Shown here one piece after another: positions 13,801 to 25,975 of a stretch of 64,000 nucleotides of DNA. The notes beneath the pieces are model-generated. The model did not search any database, was not told the origin of the DNA, and saw nothing but the letters and a program-made list of their open reading frames with translations. Positions within the stretch are counted from its first letter, which is position 1; the number at the start of each line of letters is the position of its first letter. The stretch comes from Eledone cirrhosa. Taxonomy: Eukaryota. The translations under genes and the position numbers were made by a program. The stretch covers positions 44,268,001 to 44,332,000 of the forward strand of contig OZ024752.1 in the NCBI GenBank assembly GCA_964016885.1, given 5' to 3'.

Positions 13801-16368
13801 CACCCAAGTTAGCTGCAGTGATACTTGAGCTGGAACAAATATCCCACAAAACATTTCATCTGACACTCTAACAATTCCACCAATCCATTGCTCTGGACTG
13901 GTACTTTGTTTAATCCCAAAAGGATGAAAGACAAAGTTGACCTGAATGGGATTTGAACTCAGAGAACAGAGCTATATAGAAACTAATGTATCTTCTTCGC
14001 CCACTTATTCCTGAGAGGGTCATGGGGGCAGAGTCCTCAAAAGTCAATCCATCATTTAAGGTTTTTAATGTTTATTTGCAGAATCTTGTCAAAGGCTGTT
14101 AGTAGCTTTAGAATTGTTAGGAATTGCTTCAAAATAATTATTTCTTTCCACATCAAAATAAAATTGTATCATTAATTCATTAATTTTATTTTTTTATCTC
14201 ATGAAAACATACTTAATTAAAACAACAAAACAAACAAAAATATAGGATTCTTGAATAAATTTACAACTACTGCAATATCAATTTGAATGGAGAGGAATTT
14301 GTATCATGTTAAAGTAGAGACCTGGAAGGTGTTATGAAAAAAAATGCAAAATAAGTTAAAAAGACTCTCATACATAAACCTATTTAAACAACAGCTGTTA
14401 TCTCCAACACTTGCTCTACCTCTCCCTCACTCCTTTTAGCATACCCACTCCCCCATTCCTTTTAACATACCTACTCCCCCATTCCTTTTAACATACCTAC
14501 TCCCCCACTCCTAGTATACCTACTCACTAAAGGAGGCGAAGCATGTTAAATCAATAAAAAAACAACTATTTTTTCATCTCTTTAATAATATGGAGTCTGT
14601 GATATAAATAATTGTAGTAAAATTTTAATAATTTATCCAGTAGCGTTCAGGGATCAAGTAGAGTGTTTAATTATAAAAATATTTAATTAACTCTTTTGAT
14701 ATGGAACTACCTGAAATGACCTCTGGCTCCTTCTTTTAAAATACAAGTCTTTATTTTGAAATGTTTATATTTATCTAAAAACCTTCCATCATAATTTTAT
14801 GTAAGAACTTTAGTTACAAACACCAATTTAATAAGTTAGCTATCTTACTAAATCCAGCCCCTATCTTTAATTATTCCTCAGTCTTAAATATCAAATAATA
14901 TGGAAGCAGTTTCATGTTGTCTGTATTGAATATTAAACAATATAAAAACAATATAACAATATAACAATATAACAACAATTTCAAACGATTTAATGCACAT
15001 TTGAGTTTTAAATTTGACATTTTAGGTAAAATTTTTTAGTGTCTTCTAATCTGTTTTTGCTACTTGAAACCATTTTACTTAAACTTGACATTTCACATCA
15101 GTTTTGAAACTTTTCACTTGAATTTAAACTTTAAAGCCTACCACTGCTATATGTAGTCATGGCTTAATCCAATGACAGCTGAATCGTGTCTGTGAAAGAA
15201 TTTTATATTTGTAGTTTGGCTTTAACTTTTCAGCTGTGCCATAGACATGACAACCTCTCAAGTGTTGGTGATCCACAAGATAAACGACCACCCAGTAGAT
15301 TCACTGTAAAAAACCTGCCAAAAAGAGGGTCAGGAAGACCCTTTAGCTGTGTCAATGAAACAACTTTCTTAGTGCTGGTACCACAATAAAATGTACTTAG
15401 TTGAGCGTGGGATTGTATGTCAGCATCCCCTCCCCCATCCTAGCCCTCATGGAGGTCAGGGTCTCTGCTTGAGTACTGACTGGTCTGTGACATGTTCAAC
15501 CCTTACTAGCAAGGATAATGGATGTTAAACGATGATGATGTAAGAGTAAGACATATGCTGTCTGTGACATTAAGAAGTTATAATCACTCCGCTAATGTTT
15601 GTCACTTTTAGTTTTAATTAAAATATAACAGTTGAACGTTTCAGATGTTATTTACTTTGAAGATCTTTCAATGCTGTTATTTTACATTCCATTAAAAAAC
15701 ATGAAGTTATTCTAAGTTTTCTTATTTATTTCATTTAACAGTGGAAGGGGTAGTGACATCTAGGGTAACCCACCACAGGCCTATAGTAATTTGTTGTTGT
15801 TTTCTCTAGTCTGGTATTTACAAATAAATAGCATAAATTTTGACATTTTAATGTTGGCTATGATAGTAGTTACTCAATTTCATTTATAAAAGGTTAGTAT
15901 TTGGTATTAGAATAAATTCTTCAATTCATTTTAGTTGTGGGTACATTTAACAAAAATAAAAACTTCTCAGCAGAGAAATGTCTTCAATCCCAGCTATAAT
16001 AACTATCTAGAATGAACCTGTGTGTGAGAATATATACATGCAAGCATGTATACTTATGTGCATGTGTGTTTTTCAGTGCATATAATGTAGTACATACATT
16101 GGTTTCATTTTCTATTATTACTATTAAACTTAATTTGGAGGGAAATTTAAAAAAAGATTTATTTAAAAAGTTAGCTAAATCTATGTTGCATGCTTTACAA
16201 GTGGTGTGAAATATTTATAATAGAAAAAAAAAAAAAAAAATCCCATACCTGAACATTATTTTTAATCTGTGCCTCATTGTTTGTATTGTATAAACTATAA
16301 TTTTCCTGGGGGAATAAGTTAAGTATATAATTATTATTGGTCTGTTTCAAGTCATCTTTTAAAATAAG

Positions 16369-16510
16369 CTTGTTGTCAAAGGTGTCCCAGTCTTGCCTAT
16401 ACGATTGTTGTCAAGGGTGTCCCAGTCTTGCGTACACCATTGTTGTCAAGGGTGTCCCAGTCTTGCCTATACTATTGTTGTCAAGGGTGTCCCAGTCTTG
16501 CCTATACCGT
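16369..16510. repeat. About 35-bp tandem repeat, 4 copies
   Basis: ttgttgtcaagggtgtcccagtcttgcctatac. Confidence 0.9.
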
Positions 16511-16539
16511 CTATTTTTTCAGGTATTGTGAATTCCAGA

Positions 16540-16705
16540 CTACATTAACACTCCCTCCAACAGGTCCCCCCTGTCAGAAGCAACTGTCTCCAACTGATCC
16601 GACTGGATCCCCAAGTGAGCCCACCCAAGCTCATGGATATTATCCAACCATCTTGTGCGGGGTCTACCCCTGGGTTTCCTGCCAGTTGGTTTTGTCCACC
16701 TACCA
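16540..16705 (-). mobile_element. RTE LINE C-terminal fragment
   Basis: KPTGRKPRGRPRTRWLDNI...VASDR in ORF 16540..16743. Confidence 0.75.
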
Positions 16706-17257
16706 AATTTCACTTTAAAAGGTTTTGGTTCATCCATGACCATGATGAAGACACCTGGCCAAGGTACTGTGGGATCAAACCTGAAATCCCATGGTTGCTA
16801 AGCAACAACTATAGAAGCACAATTTTAAAATTCCTTTCTCTAAATTCTATTTTAATTATGAAATATTTTAGTATAATTTAATTATTTTTAGATTGAATCA
16901 AATTTATATTTTAGTTGAATCAAATTTATATAGAGTAAAAGGTTATTCTGCATTCACCTGTATCTCCAGGTAAATTGAACAAATTTAATCTGGGAAATAT
17001 ATTATTTGATTTAATTTACTCTTTCTGTTTTGTTTCAAATATGATCAAAAGAAAAGGAAATATACAATATTAAACATTTAATTTCATATTAATATGGATT
17101 TTATAGATAACCACAAACTGTTATTTTTATATGTTTCATTCTTCAATGTATTTTTTATAGAGTTCTCTGAAAATTAATTAGGCTGATTTAGACAAAGAAA
17201 GCAGTTTTGAGTGAGAGTAAAACTTTTACAGAGAAGACTTAAAGTTAGAATGTCTTG

Positions 17258-17665
17258 AAATCTCCACTTTTGGTACCTAAACCTCCACTTTTGGTACCTA
17301 AACCTCCTCCACTTTTGGTACCTAAACCTCCTCCACTTTTGGTACATAAACCTCCACTACTTTTGGTACATAAACCTCCACTACTTTTGGTACATAAACC
17401 TCCACTACTTTTGGTACATAAACCTCCACTACTTTTGGTACATAAACCTCCACTACTTTTGGTACATAAACCTCCACTACTTTTGGTACCTAAATCTCCA
17501 GTTTTGGTACATAAACCTCCACTACTTTTGGTACCTAAATCTCCAGTTTTGGTACATAAACCTCCACTACTTTTGGTACCTAAATCTCCAGTTTTGGTAC
17601 ATAAACCTCCACTACTTTTGGTACCTAAATCTCCAGTTTTGGTACATAAACCTCCACTACTTTTA
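17258..17665. repeat. 21/24-bp minisatellite with higher-order structure
   Basis: aaacctccactacttttggtacat and aaatctccagttttggtacat units. Confidence 0.95.
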
Positions 17666-18489
17666 ACTGAATATGTAATAAAATTTAAAGATAGTATCAA
17701 AAGTAAATTTGTTTATTTGGTTAGTCGAGTCTGTTTATACTATATTCTGAATTGCAGGTTTTATTGCAGACAGTTTCAGGCATAGATTAGGTTCCATATT
17801 CATTCTGTTTCTGTATTTGAATTTTATATAAAATAACTGCAAGAAAACTTTGTATAAATATGGAATGGCATTCAATATTTCAGTACTTTCAGCCCTGGGT
17901 ATTCACCCTTCACGTGTACCCAAAATACTGTTAAGTTGAACTGAATGAAAATTGTCCGAAGTAAGATGTCAAACGAAAGTTCAACAAGACTATTTTGTTA
18001 ATTTGAAGTTAAATATTTGATCATTTTAATATCTAAATGGATCCATAACCCATCAATTATTGGTATTTGGAAGGAGAAACCAGTGGCACTGTGGGATAAG
18101 TAGCAATGGCAGCTACATGTTGCTTCTTGAGGAGGAAGAAGGAGTAAGTGTTGGATTGTGGAAGTAGTCATGAAGAGGAAGGGAGAGGGATGTTTAGCAT
18201 GTCGTTATGGGGTAGATTAAGTTCTTTAAAGAGGCCAACATCAGATAATGTAAAGAAAACCCCAAGAGTATTGTAAAATATTCCAACACACAGCTCTGTA
18301 GACGACAGATTTAATTTCTTTCATTATATGTTCAACTCCAAAAATAGTTACAGATCTCCTTGGCAGGTTTAAATTTAGGCCATTCAAATATGTAAGAATG
18401 TTAAACATATGTGCTAACATTGCTAACCATGGAATCTTATTGAACTACTCGCCCCCATAGAATTACTTATTATCAACAAACAATCATAT

Positions 18490-19510
18490 TTTATCACACA
18501 ACTTGAATATGTCGGTATTTTGTTGTGAGACAGCCAACACATATGAGAATATAGGAGTGGTTGTCCATTGATACTACCCATCTCGATGAACACTAAAACT
18601 ATGTAAATTTAAAGAACAAGCTTTTATAAAGCTAACTTCTTTCACTTCCTCATCCTGTGTCATCTTCAGTTTTCTTGACATATTTCCTGCTGCTAATAAT
18701 TTACTATTGCAGTAATGAATCCATTTTATATGTCGTATTATAGCTCAGATATTTGCCTGGTAACTTCTGTATGTTTCTGATATTACAGGAGTACCATTAG
18801 TACTGGTGCCTATACATTATAGCTTAGGTATTTAACTAGTAATTTCTGTGTGTTTCTGATATTACAGGAGTACCATTAGTACTGGTGCCTATACATTTTG
18901 ACCACTCAATTAGAAAATCATTCACAGTATTAAAAATAAGCTCACCGACAGCATATGTTGGCAATGATTCATAAAACCGAACATCTTAACTAATTCTACC
19001 ATCAAATTCATGCTTTATGAAAGTAAATATATTGGCAGAGTTAGATACATCTGTAGTTTCATTTAATTGTAAAGAATAGAACTGATGGTTAAGCACTCTC
19101 TACACTAGCTGATTTTTAACACTAGGGAACATATTGTCTACTTGTGGCTTCACTGTAGTGTTTGATAATGGAATCATATCATAATTATTTACTACTTTGT
19201 CTCCATGCATTCTAGAGGAGATTGCTTTGGCAGCAGGCAACATTAGTTCCTCTGCTATTGTGTATAGTTTTCTGCTGTTTTCTATTAAAAGAGAAATATT
19301 ATATGATGCTAACACAGCAGTTTTATTATCACAACTAGTCAGTAGCTATTTTTACTATTGAATTTTGTCCTGAAAGCAGTTCTTGTTGTTGTCTTTGAAA
19401 ATATTCAACAGGTTTGTTGATGTGTTCTTTATACTTCATTTCTAAATGTCAGTAAAGTTTACTTTTATTGGACAATGTACCATAACACTGTGGCTTCTGG
19501 TCACTTTCAT
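18490..19510 (-). pseudogene. Degraded hAT (Charlie/Buster-like) transposase fossil
   Basis: ORF 19100..19315 (ASYNISLLI...TIAEELMLPAAK...IPLSNTTV) continues through stops as YSLQLNETTDVS..., KCIGTSTNG... and EMGS...LLYSHMCWLS. These match the LQLDE-TD, C-G--TDGA and RWLS blocks of Charlie-type transposases. Confidence 0.85.
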
Positions 19511-19654
19511 GGTATTGTCAACACTGTTTCATGTCTGTTTTCTATGTTGTTATGAGTAGGATGAGCTATGACATTCTGCGACAGCATGAATGACCACGTC
19601 TTACTCATTCCATTTTGCGATGGTTTTTGATGGCTGAATGTCTTCCTAATGCCA

Positions 19655-19905
19655 ACCACTTTACTGTATGTACCGGGTGTATTTTATTGTGACACTAGCA
19701 CTACCACTTAACTGTATATGTACTGGGTGTATTTTATTGTGACACTAGCACTACCACTTTACTGTATATGTACTGGGTGTATTTTATTGTGACACTAGCA
19801 CTTTACTGTATATGTACTGGGTGTATTTTATTGTGACACTAGCACTACCACTTTACTGTATATATACTGGGTGTATTTTATTGTGACACTAGCACTACCA
19901 CTTAA
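19655..19905. repeat. About 50-bp tandem repeat, 5 copies
   Basis: tactgggtgtattttattgtgacactagcactaccactttactgtatatg. Confidence 0.9.
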
Positions 19906-20322
19906 CTTGACAACTCTGTTATTCAGGCTATGAACTATAATTGAAGAACTTAGGGCAGGAATGAGGAAGGAGTTAGGTAGGGGTGAGATAGTGACAAGAG
20001 AACACAACTGAAGCTACTGTTGATTATCCAGTGGCTTATCTCATGGAATAGCTCTCTATTGAAATTGTCAACCCAGTTAAACTGCTTGTTTAAATGCACC
20101 AACATTTTAATAAAACCAATTTTTCTTTTCATTAATTTACAATTGACCTTTCATGATGGTTATATAAAAACAATGTCTTCTTTCTCCACAGATTTCACTG
20201 ATCTTATACCATAACTACAAAGCTTTTGTTTACATCCAGTTTTCTTTGTCCGAAATATTTCTAATATTTACAGGAAAGACTACAGTTGGCTTCTAACATT
20301 GTTTAAGACCAGAGTCACTTAG

Positions 20323-20537
20323 TTAACCCTTTTAAACCAGCCGTATCTGGCCAGACTCACCTCTTTCTCTTTAAACTGGCCGTAACCTGTCCCTCATACT
20401 TATGTTAAGGTATTGTTCTCAAAATAAATATCAAAATCTCATAGATTTGATATTATATGAGGTAATTATGTGAAGTAAAACCTTTACTGAGAAAATACAA
20501 AAGTATATATAGGGTAATGTAAATGTTAAAGGGTTAA
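20323..20537 (+). mobile_element. piggyBac-type MITE copy
   Basis: ttaa|cccttt ... aaaggg|ttaa. Confidence 0.8.
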
Positions 20538-20804
20538 TGTAATAAAAAGGGGAGGGACGAAGTGGTGGGAGGTAGATGGGGAGGGGGCGAGGTTTTTGAA
20601 TAAATTTCCAACATTTACATTTGCTATGTTTAAATGTTCTTAAACACATTATACCTAAGCATGGAAATATGTGCATATATACACACACGCACACACACAT
20701 TCACACATTCACACACATACACACATACACACATTCACACACATACACGCATACACACACACACACATATATATACACACGTATACTGTCATAGATTCAT
20801 ACAC

Positions 20805-20845
<41 letters not shown>

Positions 20846-21202
20846 GATGGAGGAGGAGATAAAATGAAGAAATGATGGTTTTTCCCATATATTTTGTCAA
20901 AATTCTGTGTTGTTATTCCAAAAGGTCAGATTTTTGACACCACATAGTTATTTCATGAATGCTTTTGAATTTGGGGCTCCCTCCCTCTCTTTCTTGCTCT
21001 ACCCCCTCTTTCCTCTCTAACCCCCCCCCCCCCTCACATGAAACAATTACTTGCTATTCTAATTGAAGTTAATTATGAAAGCTAACCTTTAAAGTGTGTC
21101 GGGAACATGTGATAGAAATTGCTTAGTTTTATTTTAATGTGCAATTTTTGTGACACTGTCTACCATAGTTTTTTAACACCATCACTGTTGTGACACTGCC
21201 TA

Positions 21203-21254
<52 letters not shown>

Positions 21255-21309
21255 ATGACAAACTTCTGATTATATATGTATGTGTATGTGTGTGTATATA
21301 ATACTCTAG

Positions 21310-21347
<38 letters not shown>

Positions 21348-21398
21348 ATAATGACAAACTTCTGATTATATATGTATGTGTGTGTATATAATACTCTA

Positions 21399-21445
<47 letters not shown>

Positions 21446-21954
21446 TATATATATTGATTTCCTTGATCCCCATCATAATATAATAAAGGGAGCAGTTGTT
21501 ATAATGTAATTGCGCCCATGAAAACTGAACAAAAACTGCAGCCATTTGTTGGCTTTAATATGAATCAATGTTAGATGTCACGGCAAAGGTTTCAGTTGTC
21601 GACCGACATCACTTTATTTACTTATTTATCTTTTTCTTTTTTATTTATACTACATTTGAATGTTTATAAATCTCAGACTATATTAATTAGCTTTATCTCG
21701 CTTAATATAAAATATGACTGCATTTTACTAACGATTTAGTTGTCTATTAGGAAAACAACTAAGCAAGATTTCCTATAATCCTGTTAAGTCTGTTATTGAT
21801 AGTCTTATAGTTATTAAGGAATTATTGTAATTCTCTGCTGAAATTTCACTGATAAGATTCTCATGGATAATCTTTTTTAAGATGAAAATTAAAGATATTT
21901 TCTTTATATTTACTAAATGGTGCTCATAAAAATAGATTAATCTATATTATTATT

Positions 21955-22107
21955 AGCAGTATCGATAGAGGGTCGGACGCCATGCTTTGTAGCTGAGTTC
22001 AAATCCTGCTGAGGTTAACTTTGCCTTTCATCCTTACGGGGTCTATAAAATAAAGTACCAGTAATGCACTGGATATTTGCTGGCCTTGTGCCAAAAGTAG
22101 AAACAAT
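21955..22107 (+). mobile_element. SINE family A copy
   Basis: B box + core + short tail. Confidence 0.85.
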
Positions 22108-22289
22108 TATTATAACAAAACAGAAAATAATTTAGCCACAGAGCTACATAGTTTTAGTTTGGGATTCTGTAGCATTTGTTGTTATCATGAAAACCCTACC
22201 ATCTATACTATTGAGGTGCTGTCTTAAACTATGTCTTCATATAAGTAGTAGGAAGGTTAAGATTTTATTGTTACACACTCTCGGGTCTC

Positions 22290-22530
22290 AAATAATCGCC
22301 CTGTACTGTGTTCAGGTGCACTACAACTCATCAAAGGTGCATGTATAATACATAGAATAATATACAAATGTCAGGAAAGTGAACAGTATATGAGTCATGA
22401 TATACACACAGATACGTGTGTGTGTATGTGTGTGGAGGGGGAATATCAGGTGTAGTGTTGGCGAATTTCAGGACGCATGGAAGTTTTGAAGGGTGCAGTG
22501 TCCCAGCAGCTAACAACTGATGCAGGCAAT
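22290..22530 (-). mobile_element. CR1 3' end fragment
   Basis: Reverse complement of the same 3' UTR (gtgcactacaactcatc...cagctaacaactgatgcagg). Confidence 0.8.
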
Positions 22531-23029
22531 ATAATGGTAGAATTAGAGTAGAGTAAGAGTGACAAAGTAACAATAGGTTTTACCTTATATTTCATAATAT
22601 TTCAAGGTTAAAATCTCTTTATCAAATGAAGAATGTAGAAAATTTGGTGCACTTTGGTTTTTATCAGCTACTGTTTGTTGTGTGACTGTTGAAAGTTGAC
22701 ATGTACCTGGTGACAATATCTAGCTAGCTCCATGTAATCTCAGATCTGTTAACATTGTTTAATTTTTTATGTGATGCAGTCATTGTGTAGTTTTCTGCCT
22801 TTCAAGAATATCTTACTAGTATGCAAACATGTGGTACAGGACATTAGAAGATCTGTTCTCTGAGTTTCTTTTGTTTTTATAACTATTTTCTATAAATATA
22901 TTTCTAGCTCCAAATATATTTCTCTTTCTGCAACTAACATTATAAATCCTTCATTATTTTTTTGGCAGTTGATTGAGAATTGCAAGAAGAAATGTTTCTA
23001 CTTTGAACTGATTTCCATTTACATATACA

Positions 23030-25830
23030 TATCTTTACTGGTGTTAATATATATATATATACCTTTACTGGTGTTTATATATATACATACATTTACTGGG
23101 GTTAATATATATATATATACATACCTTTACTGGGGTTAATATATATATACATACCTTTACTGGTGTTTATATATATATATATATATATACATACATTTAC
23201 TGGTGTTTATATATATATATATATATACATACATTTACTGGGGTTAATATATATATATATACATATACATACCTTTACTGGGGTTAATATATATATACAT
23301 ACCTTTACTGGTGTTAATATATATATACATACCTTTACTGGTGTTAATATATATATACATACCTTTACTGGTGTTAATATATATATACATACCTTTACTG
23401 GTGTTAATATATATATACATACCTTTACTGGTGTTAATATATATATATACATACCTTTATTGGTGTTAATATATATATACCTTTATTGGTGTTAATATAT
23501 ATATATATATACCTTTATTGGTGTTAATATATATATATATACCTTTATTGGTGTTAATATATATATACATACCTTTATTGGTGTTAATATATATATATAT
23601 ACCTTTATTGGTGTTAATATATATATACATACCTTTATTGGTGTTAATATATATATATATATACCTTTATTGGTGTTAATATATATATATATACCTTTAT
23701 TGGTGTTAATATATATACATTACTGTTGTTAATATATACATTACTGTTAATATATATATACATTTACTGTTGCTAATATATATATATATATATATACACA
23801 TTTACTGTTGCTAATATACATACAGTTACTGTTGCTAATATATATATACAGTTACTGTTGCTAATATATATACAGTTACTGTTGCTAATATACATACAGT
23901 TACTGTTGCTAATATATATATATACAGTTACTGTTGCTAATATATATATATATACAGTTACTGTTGCTAATATATATATACAGTTACTGTTGCTAATATA
24001 TATATACAGTTACTGTTGCTAGTATATATATATATACAGTTACTGTTGCTAATATATATATATATACAGTTACTGTTGCTAATATATATATATATATATA
24101 TACAGTTACTGTTGCTAATATATATATATACAGTTACTGTTGCTAATATATATATACAGTTACTGTTGCTAGTATATATATATATACAGTTACTGTTGCT
24201 AATATATATATATATACAGTTACTGTTGCTAATATATATATATATACAGTTACTGTTGCTAATATATATATATATACAGTTACTGTTGCTAATATATATA
24301 TATATATATATACAGTTACTGTTGAGGAAAAAATTAGAGATAAGAGGGATCAGATGTTGTTTACTCGAGAGAAGGCTGCGTTGGTATGGACACGTGATGC
24401 GCATGAAAGTCGATAGCTGTATTACAAAGTGCAGGGCAATAAAGATAGACGGTAGCCACGGAATAGGCAGACCTAGAAAAACATGGGATGAGCTGATAAA
24501 CTCCGACCTCACACACTTACACCTCTCCAAGACAATGTCACTGGACCGTGACCTTTGGCGGTACTCAGTAACAGAGAAGACCCGCCTTGCCAGTAGGCAT
24601 CTCTAACAAACTACACCCCGTCCCGCCACCACCCCCACCCCATCCACACCACCCCGTTCTATGTAAAGTTATGTTGGTGCCGCGCCATCCAGGCCGAAAC
24701 AAATGAGATCGTGTAGGTGTCACGACAAAAAAACACACAGTCCACGCTGTAATGTGGCCGTGTAGGCAACACGGTAAAAACCTCCCAGACCCACACTGTA
24801 AATGTGGTTGGTGTTAGGAAGGGCATCCAACTGTAGAAAACCTGCCAGACAGTCCTATGCGAGCAAGGCAATCACTCTTGCCTCAAGTGGGACTACCCCC
24901 GTCCAAACCCATGCTAGCGTGGAACACGGACGTTAAACGTTGATGATGATGATGATACAGTTACTGTTGCTAATATATATATATATATACAGTTACTGTT
25001 GCTAATATATATATATATATACAGTTACTGTTGCTAATATATATATATATACAGTTACTGTTGCTAATATATATATATATATACAGTTACTGTTGCTAAT
25101 ATATATATATATATACAGTTACTGTTGCTAATATATATATATATATACAGTTACTGTTGCTAATATATATATATATATACAGTTACTGTTGCTAATATAT
25201 ATATATATATACAGTTACTGTTGCTAATATATATATATATACAGTTACTGTTGCTAATATATATATATATATATACAGTTACTGTTGCTAATATATATAT
25301 ACAGTTACTGTTGCTAATATATATATATATATACAGTTACTGTTGCTAATATATATATATATATACAGTTACTGTTGCTAATATATATATATATATACAG
25401 TTACTGTTGCTAATACATATATATATATACAGTTACTGTTGCTAATATATATATATATATACAGTTACTGTTGCTAATATATATATATATATACAGTTAC
25501 TGTTGCTAATATATATATATATATACAGTTACTGTTGCTAATATATATATATATATACAGTTACTGTTGCTAATATATATATATATACAGTTACTGTTGC
25601 TAATATATATATATATATACAGTTACTGTTGCTAATATATATATATATATATACAGTTACTGTTGCTAATACATATATATATATACAGTTACTGTTGCTA
25701 ATATATATATATATACAGTTACTGTTGCTAATATATATATACAGTTACTGTTGCTAATATATATATATATATACAGTTACTGTTGCTAATATATATATAC
25801 AGTTACTGTTGCTAATATACATTTACTGAA
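23030..25830. repeat. 2.8-kb (TA)n-spaced minisatellite, interrupted by an RTE
   Basis: Units cctttactggtgttaa(ta)n grading into cagttactgttgctaa(ta)n. Confidence 0.95.
24325..24956 (+). mobile_element. 5'-truncated RTE LINE (C-terminal ORF + 3' UTR + (GAT)n tail) inserted in a minisatellite
   Basis: ERRLRWYGHVMR...GRPRKTWDE...DRDLWR, stop at 24606, tail gatgatgat; atacagttactgttg present on both sides. Confidence 0.9.
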
Positions 25831-25915
25831 CATTTTAACATGAATTATGTATTTTGGAAGTAATTATATTTCATTAACAGTTATTATTATTATTTACAGA
25901 TTGGTCAAGTTGAAT

Positions 25916-25975
25916 ATGGATGAGTCTGGCCTCATCTATGGAACTAATTGCCTTGAAAATGATATTCAACCCCAG
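25916..25975 (+). CDS. Coding exon 1 (exon starts 25900; [20 protein letters not shown])
   Basis: tttacag acceptor ends 25899; ATG at 25916; CAG|gtaagt donor; phase 0. The frame is open back to the acceptor, so an upstream coding exon cannot be excluded. Confidence 0.75.

Noticed and set aside
17245-17785. Extensin-like or Gly-rich protein ORFs
   Set aside because: Translations of a minisatellite with non-ATG starts and no splice or domain support.
21560-21615. Third hammerhead-like motif on the minus strand (gtgatgt-cggt..act-gaaacc)
   Set aside because: The core deviates from CUGANGA at conserved positions and no convincing stem III or cleavage triplet forms.
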